A DNA stretch of 64,000 bases from Macrostomum lignano (lineage: Eukaryota), in assembly GCA_002269645.1 (NCBI GenBank), contig NIVC01000175.1, forward strand, positions 682,001 through 746,000, given 5' to 3'. The number at the start of each line of letters is the position of its first letter. The stretch's first letter is position 1. Below, in pieces: positions 62,759-64,000 of the stretch. A program made the translations under genes and the position numbers. The notes under the pieces are model-generated. The model ran no database searches. It was not told where the DNA came from and was given only the letters and a program-made list of their open reading frames with translations.

Positions 62759-63697
62759 GCGAAGTACTCAGACTTTGTTGGCTCCAATGTCAAGCAGAAT
62801 GGGGTCGATGATATGGTGCTTATACCTCGAATTAATGAGGCCGCCATCACTGACAACTTAAAGATTCGATTTCTGAACAATGCTATTTATGTGAGTTCAT
62901 AATTTCTTCTGTTTTTGTCATTTGAAAATTATCATGAGTAAGATTTCAACTGAAAGCACCTAATTTAGACTCAGCAACATCTTGGTACTGATGACTCATA
63001 TTTAATATGTTATACCATAATTTTAATTTCCACAGACCTACATTGGACCTGTGCTGATTGCAGTTAACCCATTCAAAGATGTGAAAATCTTTGACGATAA
63101 ATTCATCGACATGTACCAGGGCTCTGTGAGTTGCTTTTTGATACACAAAATGCATTAGAACTGCCATCATAAACTTTTTAATAATTTCTAAATAAAACTT
63201 TAGGCCCTGTTCGAGAATCCGCCGCATATTTTTGCAATCGCCGATCACATGTACAGAAGCATGGTGTCCGAAATGGAGAACCAGTGCGTTATTATCAGGT
63301 AAGAGTTGCTGGTGGCAGCTCAAGGGGTCGTCATGAGATTCAAAATTCCCATCCCATGACAGCCAACCCCCAGTGCACAGAGACTGTACATGCTTGACGA
63401 TTAGAAAGTCAGGGCCTCATTTTCCTCTCGGTGCGACCTTTGACTCTGTGAAATTCGCAAATTTGCAATATGCTTAATTTACTAATAGTAGCTAAATCGC
63501 TTTTTCAAATATAAAAAAGTGGCGAAAGCGGCGCAGGAAAGACCGTCAGCGCCAAGTTGATCATGAACTACGTCTCAAAAGTATCCGGCGGCTCGGGCCG
63601 TGTCGAAGAAGTTAAAGAAGTCATTTTGGAGTCCAATCCGCTGTTGGAAGCTTTTGGCAACGCGAAAACTGTGCGGAATAACAATTCAAGTCGATTT
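62759..63697 (+). CDS. MYO1E: Class I myosin, long-tailed MYO1E/F-like; first four coding exons of the motor domain (partial; gene runs off the window)
   Basis: join(62759..62890,63036..63125,63204..63298,63520..63697): [47 protein letters not shown]|[12 protein letters not shown] (P-loop), [25 protein letters not shown]. The initiator ATG is not in these exons. Confidence 0.93.
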
Positions 63698-63804
63698 GTG
63701 AGTTCTCAATGGCGCATGGAAGTTCGAATTTTTATATACAAAAATTCAATATCGAAAAATGAAACAAGGAATATTGACTGCATTGCATGAAATCCTTGCT
63801 TTAA

Positions 63805-64000
63805 CTCTCTCACCTCTCTCCCTCTCCCTCTCTCCCTCTCTCCCTCTCTCTTCCTCTCCCTCTCTCTCCCCCTCTCTCCCTCTCTTTTTCTCTGTCTCCA
63901 TCTCACTCCCTCTCCCTGTCTCCCCCTCTACCTCTCCCTCTCTCTCCCTTTCATTGTCTCTCTCCCTCTCTCTCCCTCTCTCCCTCTCTCTCCCTCTCTC
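63805..64000. repeat. CT-rich tract in myosin intron 4
   Basis: Direct reading. Confidence 0.9.

Overview
Eukaryotic (animal) genomic DNA with spliceosomal introns and the standard code; no prokaryotic systems. The gene set, GC-rich exon style and dense 20-41 bp intronic minisatellites suggest a free-living flatworm such as Macrostomum (inference). I reconstructed seven genes by hand, checking splice phase at every junction: TIKI/TRABD2 Wnt-inactivating metalloprotease (+, 6 exons, 499 aa); a divergent peptide-type rhodopsin GPCR (-, 2 exons, 401 aa); a PAP2/PLPP lipid phosphate phosphatase (-, 2 exons, 384 aa); an FMRFamide-receptor-like GPCR (+, 3 coding exons, 503 aa, GC-AG first intron); ONECUT (-, 3 exons, 760 aa); a SENP1/2-type SUMO protease (-, 10 exons, 606 aa); and the first four coding exons of a long-tailed class I myosin (+, MYO1E/F-like, runs off the window). 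There is also an intact 365-bp hAT-type MITE with an 8-bp TSD, an unidentified structured 3.3-kb segment upstream of ONECUT, and about 35 tandem arrays. Almost all very long ORFs in the supplied track are repeat artefacts. Best leads: (i) many long introns are filled by a different minisatellite, several grading directly into the functional splice site; (ii) a 4-nt tandem acceptor inside one array could switch TIKI between anchored and anchorless forms; (iii) the myosin lacks a convincing genomic start codon and may take its AUG from a trans-spliced leader; (iv) an intronic array of GAAA-tetraloop hairpins in SENP. I cannot confirm that any of these is undescribed; each needs the stated checks.
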